Shown in pieces: positions 39,341-48,593 of a DNA stretch of 64,000 bases. The stretch's first letter is position 1. Every line of letters starts with the position of its first letter. The notes beneath the pieces are model-generated. The model saw nothing but the letters and a program-made list of their open reading frames with translations, did no database searches and was not told the origin of the DNA. The position numbers and the translations under genes are program-made. Source of the stretch: an uncultured Mycoplasmatota bacterium (GTDB taxonomy: Bacteria; Bacillota_I; Bacilli_A; RF39; UBA660); assembly GCA_947302655.1 (NCBI GenBank), contig CAMYVW010000002.1, forward strand, positions 233,537 through 297,536, written 5' to 3'.

Positions 39341-39964
39341 ATGAAAACTATTTATTTAATAAGACATTCTGCGCCTTTTATTGAAATAGAAAATTATGAA
39401 GATTATAAAAATGTTCCATGGAATGATTATAATCGAAATATGATTCTTTCTAGTGAAGGTGAAGAAAAAGCAAAAAGGCTTTGCGAATTAGATGAATTAA
39501 AAGATTTAGATTCTATATATTCGGCTGATTCATTTAGAGCAATCGGTACTGCAAAATTTGTTGCAGAGATGAATAATTTAAAGATAAAAATAGATACCAG
39601 AATAAATGAAAGAAATCTTGGAGTAAATACTATTAGTGAATTACCTGATAATCAAACAATAAAATCATTTAGTAATAAAGATTATAAATTTGGAAATGCT
39701 GAATCACTTAATGAAATGGATAATAGATTCAATTCGTTTATAAAAGATGTATTAAGAAGTGATAATAATAAAATAGCATTATTTATTCATGGAATAATAA
39801 TGATGTCTTTTCTTCAAAATAATACCGATTTTTCTTTTGATGGTAAAAATATGAAATTATTATTTAATGATAAAGAAGTATATAATGATAAAATGATAAA
39901 TCCTATGGTTTTTAAAATAGAATATGAAGATACTAGAATAATAAACGTTGAATTTATTGGATAG
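39341..39964 (+). CDS. Histidine phosphatase (PGAM-like) family protein.
   Basis: MKTIYLIRHSAPF is the catalytic RHS/RHG N-terminus. A conserved His lies near the C-terminus (FIHG). Confidence 0.7.
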   Translation: MKTIYLIRHSAPFIEIENYEDYKNVPWNDYNRNMILSSEGEEKAKRLCELDELKDLDSIYSADSFRAIGTAKFVAEMNNLKIKIDTRINERNLGVNTISELPDNQTIKSFSNKDYKFGNAESLNEMDNRFNSFIKDVLRSDNNKIALFIHGIIMMSFLQNNTDFSFDGKNMKLLFNDKEVYNDKMINPMVFKIEYEDTRIINVEFIG

Positions 39965-40103
39965 GAATGACTTAGCAATAATACGCTAAAAACTAGGAAA
40001 ATTTTATTAAGATGAATTATTTCCAGAAACTAAAAAAACTTATGATTTATTAGTTATTATTAAAGATGTTAAAATAATATTAACTCTATGGAAGGAATTA
40101 GAT

Positions 40104-40742
40104 ATGAAAACAATTGTATATATTTCAAGACATTCTTTAACTTTAAAAACGAAAGTATTAAATGAAAATCAGAGCAGTGTTATTCAAAACATAAAAACTC
40201 CATTATCGGTTAAGGGTGAAGAAAACGCTAAAAAATTGAGTGAATATATCGAGTTAAGCTCAGTGGATGCTGTTTATTCTAGCAATTATACAAGAGCAAT
40301 TTCTACTGCAAAATATATTGCTAATAAAAATAACTTAAATGTAATAGTTGACTATAGATTTGGAGAAAGATTACATGGTGTAAAGAATGATTATAACGAA
40401 CTTCCATATGACTTTGAGATGATGCAATTAAAGGACGAAAACTATAAATATGGAGAAGGTGAGTCAAGGAAAGAAGTTACAGAGAGAATGAGAACTGCAT
40501 TATTTGATGCAGTAAATACAAATGCTGGTAAAACTATTTATATCACCTCTCATTCAACTGCTATGATGGATTTATTTATTTCATTTGGTTATGCAAAAAT
40601 TGAAGATGGTAGGTTTAGTATAATTGTTAATGATATTGAATTATTAAATAGTGATTTTGAATGGAATACTAATTCTCCCGAACTTTTTAAACTTGACTTT
40701 GAAGATGATAGATTGGTAAATATTAATTATGTTAAATGGTAA
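40104..40742 (+). CDS. Histidine phosphatase (PGAM-like) family protein.
   Basis: IVYISRHSLT catalytic motif with ITSHS near the C-terminus. It is a paralog of the gene at 39341, but divergent. Confidence 0.7.
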   Translation: MKTIVYISRHSLTLKTKVLNENQSSVIQNIKTPLSVKGEENAKKLSEYIELSSVDAVYSSNYTRAISTAKYIANKNNLNVIVDYRFGERLHGVKNDYNELPYDFEMMQLKDENYKYGEGESRKEVTERMRTALFDAVNTNAGKTIYITSHSTAMMDLFISFGYAKIEDGRFSIIVNDIELLNSDFEWNTNSPELFKLDFEDDRLVNINYVKW

Positions 40743-40875
40743 TTTCTATATGTTACTGTATAGTTGGTATTTACCAACTTCTTTTATGTATTAGAATATT
40801 GTGTAAAGTTAACGTATTAATATCAATGTGAAAGTAAATTTTGATATAATGTTTATAGTAAGGAAGTGTGGTCAA

Positions 40876-42513
40876 ATGGAAAATAAAGTCTTTTTAGAAT
40901 TATCTGAAGATGAGAATCTTAAAAAAATGAATATTGATCCACTTTTAGTTGATTCTTTTAAAAGGGTTATGATAAAGATTCAAGAATACTTTGACGCTAA
41001 TGGGTATACTGATGAAATTGATTTTAATTCTATTGTAAAAGAATATATAATGCCTCGTGATGTTGTTGATAAAGATACAGTAAGAAGTAATGAAGAATTC
41101 ATCACTTCACTTAACAGTGCAAAAAAAGCCTACAACGATTTAGAGAAACTTTTTGGTGCAAAATTACCACCATTTAGTGATGAGGATTACTTGTCGAATT
41201 ATATTCAAAAAAACTATAATGTAGGTTTGTGTATTACTGTTTCCTCAAATAGCAGTAGTTTTTATGATAATTATGGTCAGTACGAACCTTCTGTTAATCA
41301 GATAATTATAAATAAAGCTTCAAATGTTTTTAATTCAGACGAGCTAGATAGAGTAATATGTCATGAATTTATTCATTGTTTAACAATGTGTGGCAGTCCA
41401 TCTATTAGTTCTGTTAGTGATGAGATGCCAAGTGTTATGTTTGAGCCAATAACTGAAATGATTTCATCCGAAATAATTGGAGAAGGTATTCCACATTCAT
41501 ATAGAAGTTTTTGTAAGATAATTAAATATATGAATAAAATCGCTGGAGTTAATGACTATAGTTCTTTTTTAAATAGGAAACTTGATTCTAGGTATAATTC
41601 ATTTACATCAGTAATTGACTTAATGGATAATGCGTTTAATAAAGGAAGTTTTAATGAGGACCGTAAATATGGTGTGATTAATAAAGAAGATATGGTAAGT
41701 GTACTTACATCCATTACAAGTGAGCTTGTAATTAGAAATTATAGTGGTGTTGATGATTTGATTGATAACCTAATTCATATTTATAGTTTAAAGGGAGATC
41801 TTTCAATTGATACAATAAAAAATATCCAAGAAATAATCGTAAAGAGTTATTTATCTAAAAATAGAATTTCTGATGAGATAACGGCACAAAAAATAATGCA
41901 ATTATTAGAAGTAAAAAATACTCGAAGATTGATAGATGGTAGAGAGTTTTCTACAATTGATATCGATGGTACAAATTACTACGTTGATAGAAATGGTGGT
42001 ATTTATTACCATGATGAAAATGTTATTAATAAACTTTCTTTCGCTGCATTAGCACATGATTTAAATAATGGGACATTGCTTATAGGTAGTGGTTCTACAT
42101 TCAAAGGCTTTGATTTATCAAGCATGGATTTTAGTAAACTTGGAGATAGTTTAGAAGAAAAACAAAAGCTATTGGAAAGTGAAATAAGTTTATTAATAGG
42201 AGGTAAGAAATTGAATAGACCATATATAAAACAAAGCGTTATATCTATAATTGAATCTAGAGATAAAGCTATTACACCTAGCAAGCAGGAGTATAAAAAG
42301 AAGCTTAAAAGACCATACATTAATCCTGCTACTAAATCTTTACTTGAAGAAAAGATTAAATCATTCGAATTTGAAAAAGAGAGGGAAAAATTATTATCTC
42401 AAAAAAACAATATTCAACAGATTATGACAGAACAGCAGTTACTTGCTAATCAACAAGCTGTAATGGCTTCTCTTGAAGAACAAGATGAACAAGATATGAG
42501 TATGGGAATGTAA
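40876..42513 (+). CDS. Hypothetical 545-aa protein with an HExxH motif (putative metallohydrolase-like).
   Basis: VICHEFIHCL contains HExxH. It has a Q-rich C-terminus. Own promoter TTGATATAAT at 40844. No ppdK-type repeat lies upstream. Confidence 0.4.
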   Translation: MENKVFLELSEDENLKKMNIDPLLVDSFKRVMIKIQEYFDANGYTDEIDFNSIVKEYIMPRDVVDKDTVRSNEEFITSLNSAKKAYNDLEKLFGAKLPPFSDEDYLSNYIQKNYNVGLCITVSSNSSSFYDNYGQYEPSVNQIIINKASNVFNSDELDRVICHEFIHCLTMCGSPSISSVSDEMPSVMFEPITEMISSEIIGEGIPHSYRSFCKIIKYMNKIAGVNDYSSFLNRKLDSRYNSFTSVIDLMDNAFNKGSFNEDRKYGVINKEDMVSVLTSITSELVIRNYSGVDDLIDNLIHIYSLKGDLSIDTIKNIQEIIVKSYLSKNRISDEITAQKIMQLLEVKNTRRLIDGREFSTIDIDGTNYYVDRNGGIYYHDENVINKLSFAALAHDLNNGTLLIGSGSTFKGFDLSSMDFSKLGDSLEEKQKLLESEISLLIGGKKLNRPYIKQSVISIIESRDKAITPSKQEYKKKLKRPYINPATKSLLEEKIKSFEFEKEREKLLSQKNNIQQIMTEQQLLANQQAVMASLEEQDEQDMSMGM

Positions 42514-42522
42514 GGAGAAAAT

Positions 42523-42846
42523 ATGGAAAAAGAATTTTTATTAAAAAAAGAAGATATAAAACCATTAATTAAACTTGGGTTTAGTTGTATAGCATCTGAT
42601 AGAATTACGCTAGATGGTAAAAAAGTAGGTTATATGTATAGAGAAGGTTCAACAAGCCAATCTGATACTGGATGGAGATTTTTTGCTGGTGATGAAAATG
42701 AAATCTATACTGATAATCCTGATAATTTTGAAATATACGATTTAAATACAATATGTAATTATGATAAGGATATTATTCCCTATCTAACTAAACCAGTTGG
42801 ATCTAAATTAGAGAGAAACGGAACTGAATTTACTGAAGTTGACTAA
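42523..42846 (+). CDS. Small hypothetical protein (107 aa), possibly a DUF2185-like immunity-type protein.
   Basis: Translationally coupled to the upstream HExxH protein (9-nt gap, RBS AAGGAG). The GWRFFAGDE motif is reminiscent of DUF2185. The assignment is uncertain. Confidence 0.35.
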   Translation: MEKEFLLKKEDIKPLIKLGFSCIASDRITLDGKKVGYMYREGSTSQSDTGWRFFAGDENEIYTDNPDNFEIYDLNTICNYDKDIIPYLTKPVGSKLERNGTEFTEVD

Positions 42847-42859
42847 TAATAATTAAAGA

Positions 42860-43045
42860 TTGTTTTGTATAAGTTTTATTCTTAGAAAGAAAATAACTAT
42901 GATTAAAAGCATTAATAAGGTTGATACAAATATGGAACCATATAATAGTATTGAAGATTTATTATTATCATCAATTTTTAAGGCGAATGAAGTTGGTATT
43001 AATTATGAAAATGAAATGCTTCCTTTACAAAAAAGAAAATTATAG
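42860..43045 (+). pseudogene. 3' remnant of a nucleoside 2-deoxyribosyltransferase-like cassette gene.
   Basis: KVDTNMEPYNSIEDLLLSSIFKANEVGINYENEMLPLQKRKL aligns with the C-terminus of the 38744 gene (KTDTNKTPYSSLEELLYGSIKLANQLGVNDETEILTLEKRLI). It lacks the N-terminal two-thirds. Confidence 0.55.
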
Positions 43046-43056
43046 AAATGATAGTA

Positions 43057-43107
43057 TTTTAATTTCATATAACTTTTACTCCCTTCCATGATGGAAGTAC
43101 AAGCTGC
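43057..43107 (+). repeat. 51-bp perfect direct repeat (left copy) ending in the ppdK-end-like core CAAGCTGC.
   Basis: ttttaatttcatataacttttactcccttccatgatggaagtacaagctgc is identical to 43638-43688. Confidence 0.8.
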
Positions 43108-43184
43108 TATCAAGCAAGGAAGTAAAAATTAATTTCTAAGAGATTAAGTGAAAACTTAATCTTTTTCTATGATATAATTATTAT

Positions 43185-43637
43185 ATGTTGGTGATAAATG
43201 TGGAAACAAAATATGAATTTTTTATAGCAGGTAAAACTAGAAATAAGAATAATATTTTAAAAATATGTGATATTTTTGATAAATATAATATTTCTTATTA
43301 TTGTTTTTTAAAAAATGATGATACTATGAACAGTTATGGTGAAGAAGGCCAAACTGAAGATGAAAAAATGAAAGTGTTTGAAAATCTTGGCTTAAAAAGT
43401 GATATTGTTTTAAATATATTTAAACAAGATTTAGATAACGAAAAAGCATGTAAAAATTTATTATTGGTTCTACCGGCTGGTAAATCTGGTCATATTGAAG
43501 CTGGGATAGCATATGGTATGGGTAAAAAATGCTATGCGATTGGTGAATTTGATGCCACTGATTCATTATATAATATTTTTGAAAACATCTTTGAAAGTGA
43601 GCAACAATTAGAAGAGTTTTTAAAACAATATAATTAG
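43185..43637 (+). CDS. Nucleoside 2-deoxyribosyltransferase-like protein.
   Basis: FIAGKTR N-terminus and LVLPAGKSGHIEAGIAYGMGKKCYAIGE resemble the C-terminal catalytic-Glu region of the PF05014-type fold. The true start may be the GTG at 43200, after RBS GGTGATA. Confidence 0.5.
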   Translation: MLVINVETKYEFFIAGKTRNKNNILKICDIFDKYNISYYCFLKNDDTMNSYGEEGQTEDEKMKVFENLGLKSDIVLNIFKQDLDNEKACKNLLLVLPAGKSGHIEAGIAYGMGKKCYAIGEFDATDSLYNIFENIFESEQQLEEFLKQYN

Positions 43638-43688
43638 TTTTAATTTCATATAACTTTTACTCCCTTCCATGATGGAAGTACAAGCTGC
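43638..43688 (+). repeat. 51-bp perfect direct repeat (right copy).
   Basis: Identical to 43057-43107. It starts immediately after the stop codon of the 43185 gene. Confidence 0.8.
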
Positions 43689-43710
43689 AATTAAAGCAAA
43701 GAAGAATTAA
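43680..43710 (+). repeat. ppdK-3'-end-like core (near-identical to the ppdK terminus).
   Basis: acaagctgcaattaaagcaaagaagaattaa compared with ppdK acaagctgcaattaaagcaaagaagaactaa. It is followed by the hairpin agactaggtaaaactagtct, identical to the ppdK terminator. Confidence 0.8.
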
Positions 43711-43768
43711 TAAATAAGGACTAGGTAAAACTAGTCTTTTTTATGGTATAATGTGGATAGGCGATAAT

Positions 43769-44281
43769 ATGGAAAAAATAATTACAAATGATTATAATCT
43801 AAAAGATGAAGATATGACTGAACTTGTAGTAAGAGTTAAAATATTATTAATTAATAGTAATAATGAAATTCTATTAGGTTATTCACATAATGAGTATCAA
43901 TGTCCAGGTGGTCATGTTGAAGAAGGTGAAAATCTAATAAGTGCCATTAATAGGGAAGTGCAAGAAGAGACAGGTATTGAATTAAATATTAAAGATGCTG
44001 AACCGTTTGCATGCTCAATAGGCTATTATAAGGATTGGCCAGCAGTTGGTAAAAATAGAAAGATTGAAATTTATTATTACGAGATTAAGACAGATGAAAG
44101 ACCGAATCTAGATAATACAAAGTATACTGAATCAGAAAAGAATGGTAATTTTGAATTAAGATACATTCCAATAGAAAACGTGGAAAATGAGTTTATTAAA
44201 AATGCTGAAATCTATGAAGATAAACACGGTATAGCAAAAGAAATGTTAAAAGTATTTGAAATATATAAAAATATAAATTAA
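43769..44281 (+). CDS. NUDIX hydrolase.
   Basis: Nudix box GGHVEEGENLISAINREVQEETGI. The ATG at 43769 is preferred because the 43751 ATG overlaps the -10 box. Confidence 0.75.
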   Translation: MEKIITNDYNLKDEDMTELVVRVKILLINSNNEILLGYSHNEYQCPGGHVEEGENLISAINREVQEETGIELNIKDAEPFACSIGYYKDWPAVGKNRKIEIYYYEIKTDERPNLDNTKYTESEKNGNFELRYIPIENVENEFIKNAEIYEDKHGIAKEMLKVFEIYKNIN

Positions 44282-44310
44282 TATACAAGTCATCTTAGCC
44301 TTAATCGGCT

Positions 44311-44353
44311 CGAACTTACCTATAGTGCAAGCTGCAATAAAAGCAAAAAACAA
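44311..44353 (+). repeat. ppdK-3'-end-like core (degenerate).
   Basis: cgaacttacctatagtgcaagctgcaataaaagcaaaaaacaa. Confidence 0.7.
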
Positions 44354-44480
44354 CAAGTAATTAAACTAATAAAGACTAGAGAAATCTAGTCTTTTTTGTT
44401 CAGAAAATAGTAATATTGTGATTACTAAAAGTAAGAAAAAAAGTATATTCTTGTGATATAATGAATATGAGGTGTAAACT

Positions 44481-45224
44481 ATGAATGAGTATATTAATTT
44501 AGATGAAAAGAATATTGATGAAGAACATATTTGTTGTGCAATAGGAGATCCTAAACATCAAGATGGTGTTGATAAAAAGAAAGAATGGATTAAAAGCAAA
44601 TTAAAAGATGGTCATGTATTTAGAAAGTTAAATGCAAGAGGTAAAATCTTTATTGAGTATGAACCAATAGAAACTGCTTGGGTTCCTATCAATGGTAAAA
44701 ACTATATGCATATTTATTGTTTATGGGTAGCAGGTAGTTTTAAAGGAAAAGGTATTGGTAAAGAATTATTAGAATATGCTATTGAAGATGCAAAAAATAA
44801 AAAAATGAGTGGTGTATGTACATTAGTATCACAAAAGAAGAAACCATTTATTGGAGATAAGAAATTCTTTGAACATTATGGATTTAAAGTAGTTGATACA
44901 ATTAATGACTATGAATTAATGGCATTACAATTTGATGATAAAGAAGCGCCTAAGTTTAGTGATAGTGCTAGAAAGATGGAGATTGATAGTCAAGATTTCA
45001 CTATATATTATTCTAATGAATGTCCATATGTTGAATATGAAGTAAAAGAGTTATCTGATTATGCTAAAGATAAAGGCATTAAGTTAAACTTTATAAAAAT
45101 AGATTCATTAGAGAAAGCTAAAAATGCTCCATGTGTTTTTAATAATTGGGCAAACTTTTATAAAGGAAAGTTTGTTTCAAATACAATATTAAATGCAAAT
45201 GCATTTGAAAAATTGATTAAATAA
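44481..45224 (+). CDS. GNAT N-acetyltransferase with a YoaP-like C-terminal domain.
   Basis: CLWVAGSFKGKGIGKELLEYA is GNAT motif A. The C-terminal ~100 aa resemble the YoaP-like domain. Confidence 0.6.
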   Translation: MNEYINLDEKNIDEEHICCAIGDPKHQDGVDKKKEWIKSKLKDGHVFRKLNARGKIFIEYEPIETAWVPINGKNYMHIYCLWVAGSFKGKGIGKELLEYAIEDAKNKKMSGVCTLVSQKKKPFIGDKKFFEHYGFKVVDTINDYELMALQFDDKEAPKFSDSARKMEIDSQDFTIYYSNECPYVEYEVKELSDYAKDKGIKLNFIKIDSLEKAKNAPCVFNNWANFYKGKFVSNTILNANAFEKLIK

Positions 45225-45320
45225 AATGATCGTAATATTTTAAGATTGCGATATCCTTGTTATAATTAACTAGATAAGCAATTTAGTTAATATTAGTTTA
45301 GCTTCCCAGCTTTGACATTA

Positions 45321-45353
45321 TTGCAAGCTGCAATTAATGCAAAAAAGAATTAA
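45321..45353 (+). repeat. ppdK-3'-end-like core (degenerate).
   Basis: ttgcaagctgcaattaatgcaaaaaagaattaa. Confidence 0.7.
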
Positions 45354-45428
45354 TATATAATTATTAGAAGACTAGAGAAATCTAGTCTTTTTATGATATA
45401 ATAAAAATATATTCGGGGAGGTTTACTT

Positions 45429-46373
45429 ATGAAAGATTTTAGAAAAATAGATGATAAACTATATTATGCAAAATATTGTGATAAGAAAGTTGGTAATCCA
45501 AAAGAAATTTGGAGTTCAATTAAAAGTAATAGGGAATTATTAGAATGGGCAATCAAACCAACTAAAGATAAATTTGGAGAAAGAGATTTAGTAAATGGTT
45601 TAGCAATATGTGAGGATATGCTTGTTGATTTTAATAATGTTGATAATGAAGTGTATCAAAAACTTGTAGACTTGATTTATTCTAATAGACAAATTGCTAG
45701 AATTGTTTTAGATGGTTATAGTAATGGTGGTTATTCATATTTACTGATGACTTTATGGAATCCTAATTTAAAACTAACAGAATATCAAAAAGCATTTGCA
45801 GTTGATGAAGCAATGAATAAAATTGGTACTACTAGATATGAAAATGCTAAGAATGAATATTCTAAAAAACTAGATGAAAAAGGCATTACAGATGAACAAA
45901 CTATGTATACTGAATTTGGTGGGTCCATTAATCCTGTAGGTGCTAAAACTGGTAATATGTACATGACTAGTTTATTTGGTTCATTAAGTGATACTCAAGC
46001 TCATGGTTCAGGAGATTTTGATATAAGATATTGGATACTTAGAAATCCAAATTGGTCATTCGAAGAAAAACAAAAACTAATTATTGATTTTTGGTTTAAT
46101 GACGAAGATTATGACGAAACATTAGAACAATGGGAATGGGGTATTGTTAATGATCATGCAAATTATAAAGGAAACCCAATGCCTTTGTTTGATAGAGATG
46201 AATTGTATGAGTATTCTTATGATGGATTATTAAAGTTCTATGGTGATAAAGAAACTACAGATAGAATATGGGAAGAAATCCAATTTTGTAAACAAATGCA
46301 TCAATTAAGACCTCAACAATGGGAATTAGAATTTGTTAAACCAAGAGTTTTAGAAAAAATAATACAAAATTAA
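45429..46373 (+). CDS. Hypothetical protein (314 aa).
   Basis: ORF with RBS GGGGAGG after the repeat, terminator and promoter module. No family recognised. Confidence 0.45.
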   Translation: MKDFRKIDDKLYYAKYCDKKVGNPKEIWSSIKSNRELLEWAIKPTKDKFGERDLVNGLAICEDMLVDFNNVDNEVYQKLVDLIYSNRQIARIVLDGYSNGGYSYLLMTLWNPNLKLTEYQKAFAVDEAMNKIGTTRYENAKNEYSKKLDEKGITDEQTMYTEFGGSINPVGAKTGNMYMTSLFGSLSDTQAHGSGDFDIRYWILRNPNWSFEEKQKLIIDFWFNDEDYDETLEQWEWGIVNDHANYKGNPMPLFDRDELYEYSYDGLLKFYGDKETTDRIWEEIQFCKQMHQLRPQQWELEFVKPRVLEKIIQN

Positions 46374-46476
46374 AAAATTACACAATTAAAGAAACAAAAT
46401 TATTGTTATAAAATAACATAAATAGTTATCTTAGTCCGCGAATTGGTTCTTTATTGTTCTAATCTTTACTGTCGGG

Positions 46477-46500
46477 CAAGCTGCTATTCGTTCTAAGCAA
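46477..46500 (+). repeat. ppdK-3'-end-like core (most degenerate copy).
   Basis: gggcaagctgctattcgttctaagcaa. Confidence 0.5.
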
Positions 46501-46637
46501 TCTAAATGAAATATGCATAAAGGCTGAGTAAAATCAGTCTTTTTCTATGTTCGGAAAATAGAAAATTTTACGATTACTCAAATTATTAAAAAAAATCAAA
46601 AAACGTGTTATAATTATATATATAATAGGAGTTGCAT

Positions 46638-47924
46638 ATGAAAAAGAAAGTTATAATTATAAGTTCAATAACATTAGTATTTGTTTTGGCAGTGGCATTA
46701 ATAGTTTTATTGGTATTTAATAAAGATAAAGATTTAAATACAGAAAAAGAAAAATTTGATAATGAAATTGTTTCGATATTAACTATTGATGTTAATCCTA
46801 GTATTGAAATAAACTTAAATAAAAACAATATTGTTGTTAGTGTTGTTGCTTTAAATGATGATGCTAAAGTTGTTACTAATAATTTAAATTATGAGAAAGA
46901 AAAATTAGAAAATGTTTTATCAATGTTGGTTGATTCTTTAAAACAAAATAATTATTTATCTGATGAAAATAATTTAATACTAATTAATGTTGATTCAAAA
47001 GATGAAAAATTATTGGAATTGGTTAAAAATAAAACAAATGAATCGTTAGAAAAAAATAAAGTTAATGGGGAAATAGTTATACAACAAGTTGAAGAAACTA
47101 GTGAATTGAAAGAATTAGCAGAAAAAAATAATATTACAATTTCAAAAGCATATTATATTCAAGAACAAATAAAAAATGAAGAAGGTTTAAAGGTAGAAGA
47201 CTTTAAGGATACATCTATAACTGAAATAAAAGAAAAAATAAATAATTACAAACAAGAACAGGAACAAAAGAAACAAGAAGAACTAAAAGAAAAGACAACG
47301 ACAAAACAAACAAACACTAATACAAGTAAAAATACAACACCAAATACTAACACAACAACTCAAAAGGTGACTAAGACTTATACATGTACACCACCAAACG
47401 ATTTAAAAGATACTGAATGGTGTAACTGGAATAATAAAAGACCTCAAAGTTGTGAATTCTATTATGATGATATTAGTACTGATAAAGTCAGAGGGTACGC
47501 ACTTTCTCGTTATAATTTAGATGATTCAGCCAGTACTTATATTACAACCCAAGAATATAAAGGTGCTTCTTACTGTAGAGCACATATTGTAAAAATTAAT
47601 ACTTCAAGTGAAAAAATTATAAGTTATTGGGATTCACATACTGGAGAATTCTTAAAAGAAAAAAGAGAAACCGCTCCAACCTATATTAGTACCGAGACAG
47701 CCCAGACAGTTGCTAAAAATTATATTAAGAATAATAAAAATAACGCTTTTGATGAAGCAGAAATAAAGTATTCTGAAGTTAATAGTGGAACAGATCGTGA
47801 TGGTGGACCAGATGAATATTATAGACATCAAGTATTATTTATAATGAATGACGGTACTCATTATACAGTGGATGTAGATGCTGTAACAAAAGAAGTTAAA
47901 TACTACCGTACATGGACAAATTAA
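46638..47924 (+). CDS. Hypothetical membrane-anchored or secreted protein with a T/N/Q-rich linker.
   Basis: N-terminal TM IIISSITLVFVLAVALIVLLVF followed by a KTTTKQTNTNTSKNTTPNTNTTTQ linker and a C-terminal globular domain. Confidence 0.45.
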   Translation: MKKKVIIISSITLVFVLAVALIVLLVFNKDKDLNTEKEKFDNEIVSILTIDVNPSIEINLNKNNIVVSVVALNDDAKVVTNNLNYEKEKLENVLSMLVDSLKQNNYLSDENNLILINVDSKDEKLLELVKNKTNESLEKNKVNGEIVIQQVEETSELKELAEKNNITISKAYYIQEQIKNEEGLKVEDFKDTSITEIKEKINNYKQEQEQKKQEELKEKTTTKQTNTNTSKNTTPNTNTTTQKVTKTYTCTPPNDLKDTEWCNWNNKRPQSCEFYYDDISTDKVRGYALSRYNLDDSASTYITTQEYKGASYCRAHIVKINTSSEKIISYWDSHTGEFLKEKRETAPTYISTETAQTVAKNYIKNNKNNAFDEAEIKYSEVNSGTDRDGGPDEYYRHQVLFIMNDGTHYTVDVDAVTKEVKYYRTWTN

Positions 47925-48050
47925 AAAAAGAAGAGTCTAGTGATACAAACTAGACTTTTTGAATGTTCGCAATATTTTTGTTTTTACGAACACAGATACA
48001 TGATATAATTAGTTTGGATAAGCAATTTAGTAAAAATATAGTTTTGCTAC

Positions 48051-48097
48051 CCGAACTTGCTTATAGTACAAGCTGCAATCAAGGCAAAGAAGAATAA
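48051..48097 (+). repeat. ppdK-3'-end-like core (close copy).
   Basis: ccgaacttgcttatagtacaagctgcaatcaaggcaaagaagaataa compared with ppdK agacttgctgctgcacaagctgcaattaaagcaaagaagaactaa. Confidence 0.8.
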
Positions 48098-48157
48098 GTA
48101 ATAATTAAGACTAGGTAAACCTAGTCTTTTTTATGTTATAATTGAGTTGGTGATAAT

Positions 48158-48514
48158 ATGAAATATAATTTTGACATAAATAATAGAGCTTTTAATGCTA
48201 TTAAAAATAAAACTAAAAGAGTAGAAATTAGAACTACTAAATTGGGTAAAAATCATTTTGACTATGGCATTCTAAAAAGTGGAGATAAAATTATATTTAA
48301 ATCATATGATGGTGAAATAATTAATTGTGTAGTTGGTGATGTTAATCATTATGATTCAATTGAGGAATTATTAACACTTGAGGGAACAAGATATACATTA
48401 TCATCTACAAATGATTTTAATGAAGGTATTAAATCTATCAATAGTATAAATGGTTATGAAGAAGCAATAAAAGTTAATGGCGTGTACGCTATACATATTA
48501 CACCTATAGAATAA
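48158..48514 (+). CDS. ASCH (PUA-like) domain protein.
   Basis: KTKRVEIRTTKL...SGDKIIFKS...GVYAIHI matches the ASCH beta-barrel pattern. The size (118 aa) is typical. Confidence 0.45.
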   Translation: MKYNFDINNRAFNAIKNKTKRVEIRTTKLGKNHFDYGILKSGDKIIFKSYDGEIINCVVGDVNHYDSIEELLTLEGTRYTLSSTNDFNEGIKSINSINGYEEAIKVNGVYAIHITPIE

Positions 48515-48545
48515 TTAATTATAAGTCATTTTAGCCTTAATCACC

Positions 48546-48593
48546 CCTAACTTGCCTATAGTACAATCCGCAATTAAAGCAAAACAAACTAAA
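48546..48593 (+). repeat. ppdK-3'-end-like core (degenerate).
   Basis: cctaacttgcctatagtacaatccgcaattaaagcaaaacaaactaa. Confidence 0.7.

Noticed and set aside
40876-42513. Calling the 545-aa HExxH protein a confirmed metalloprotease toxin.
   Set aside because: A single HExxH occurs by chance at appreciable frequency, and no third zinc ligand or protease family context could be identified by eye. It is kept only as a tentative note.
46586-46828. Minus-strand 80-aa ORF overlapping the start of the 46638 gene.
   Set aside because: It is antisense to a promoter/RBS-supported plus-strand gene and reads through the junction repeat. It is likely spurious.
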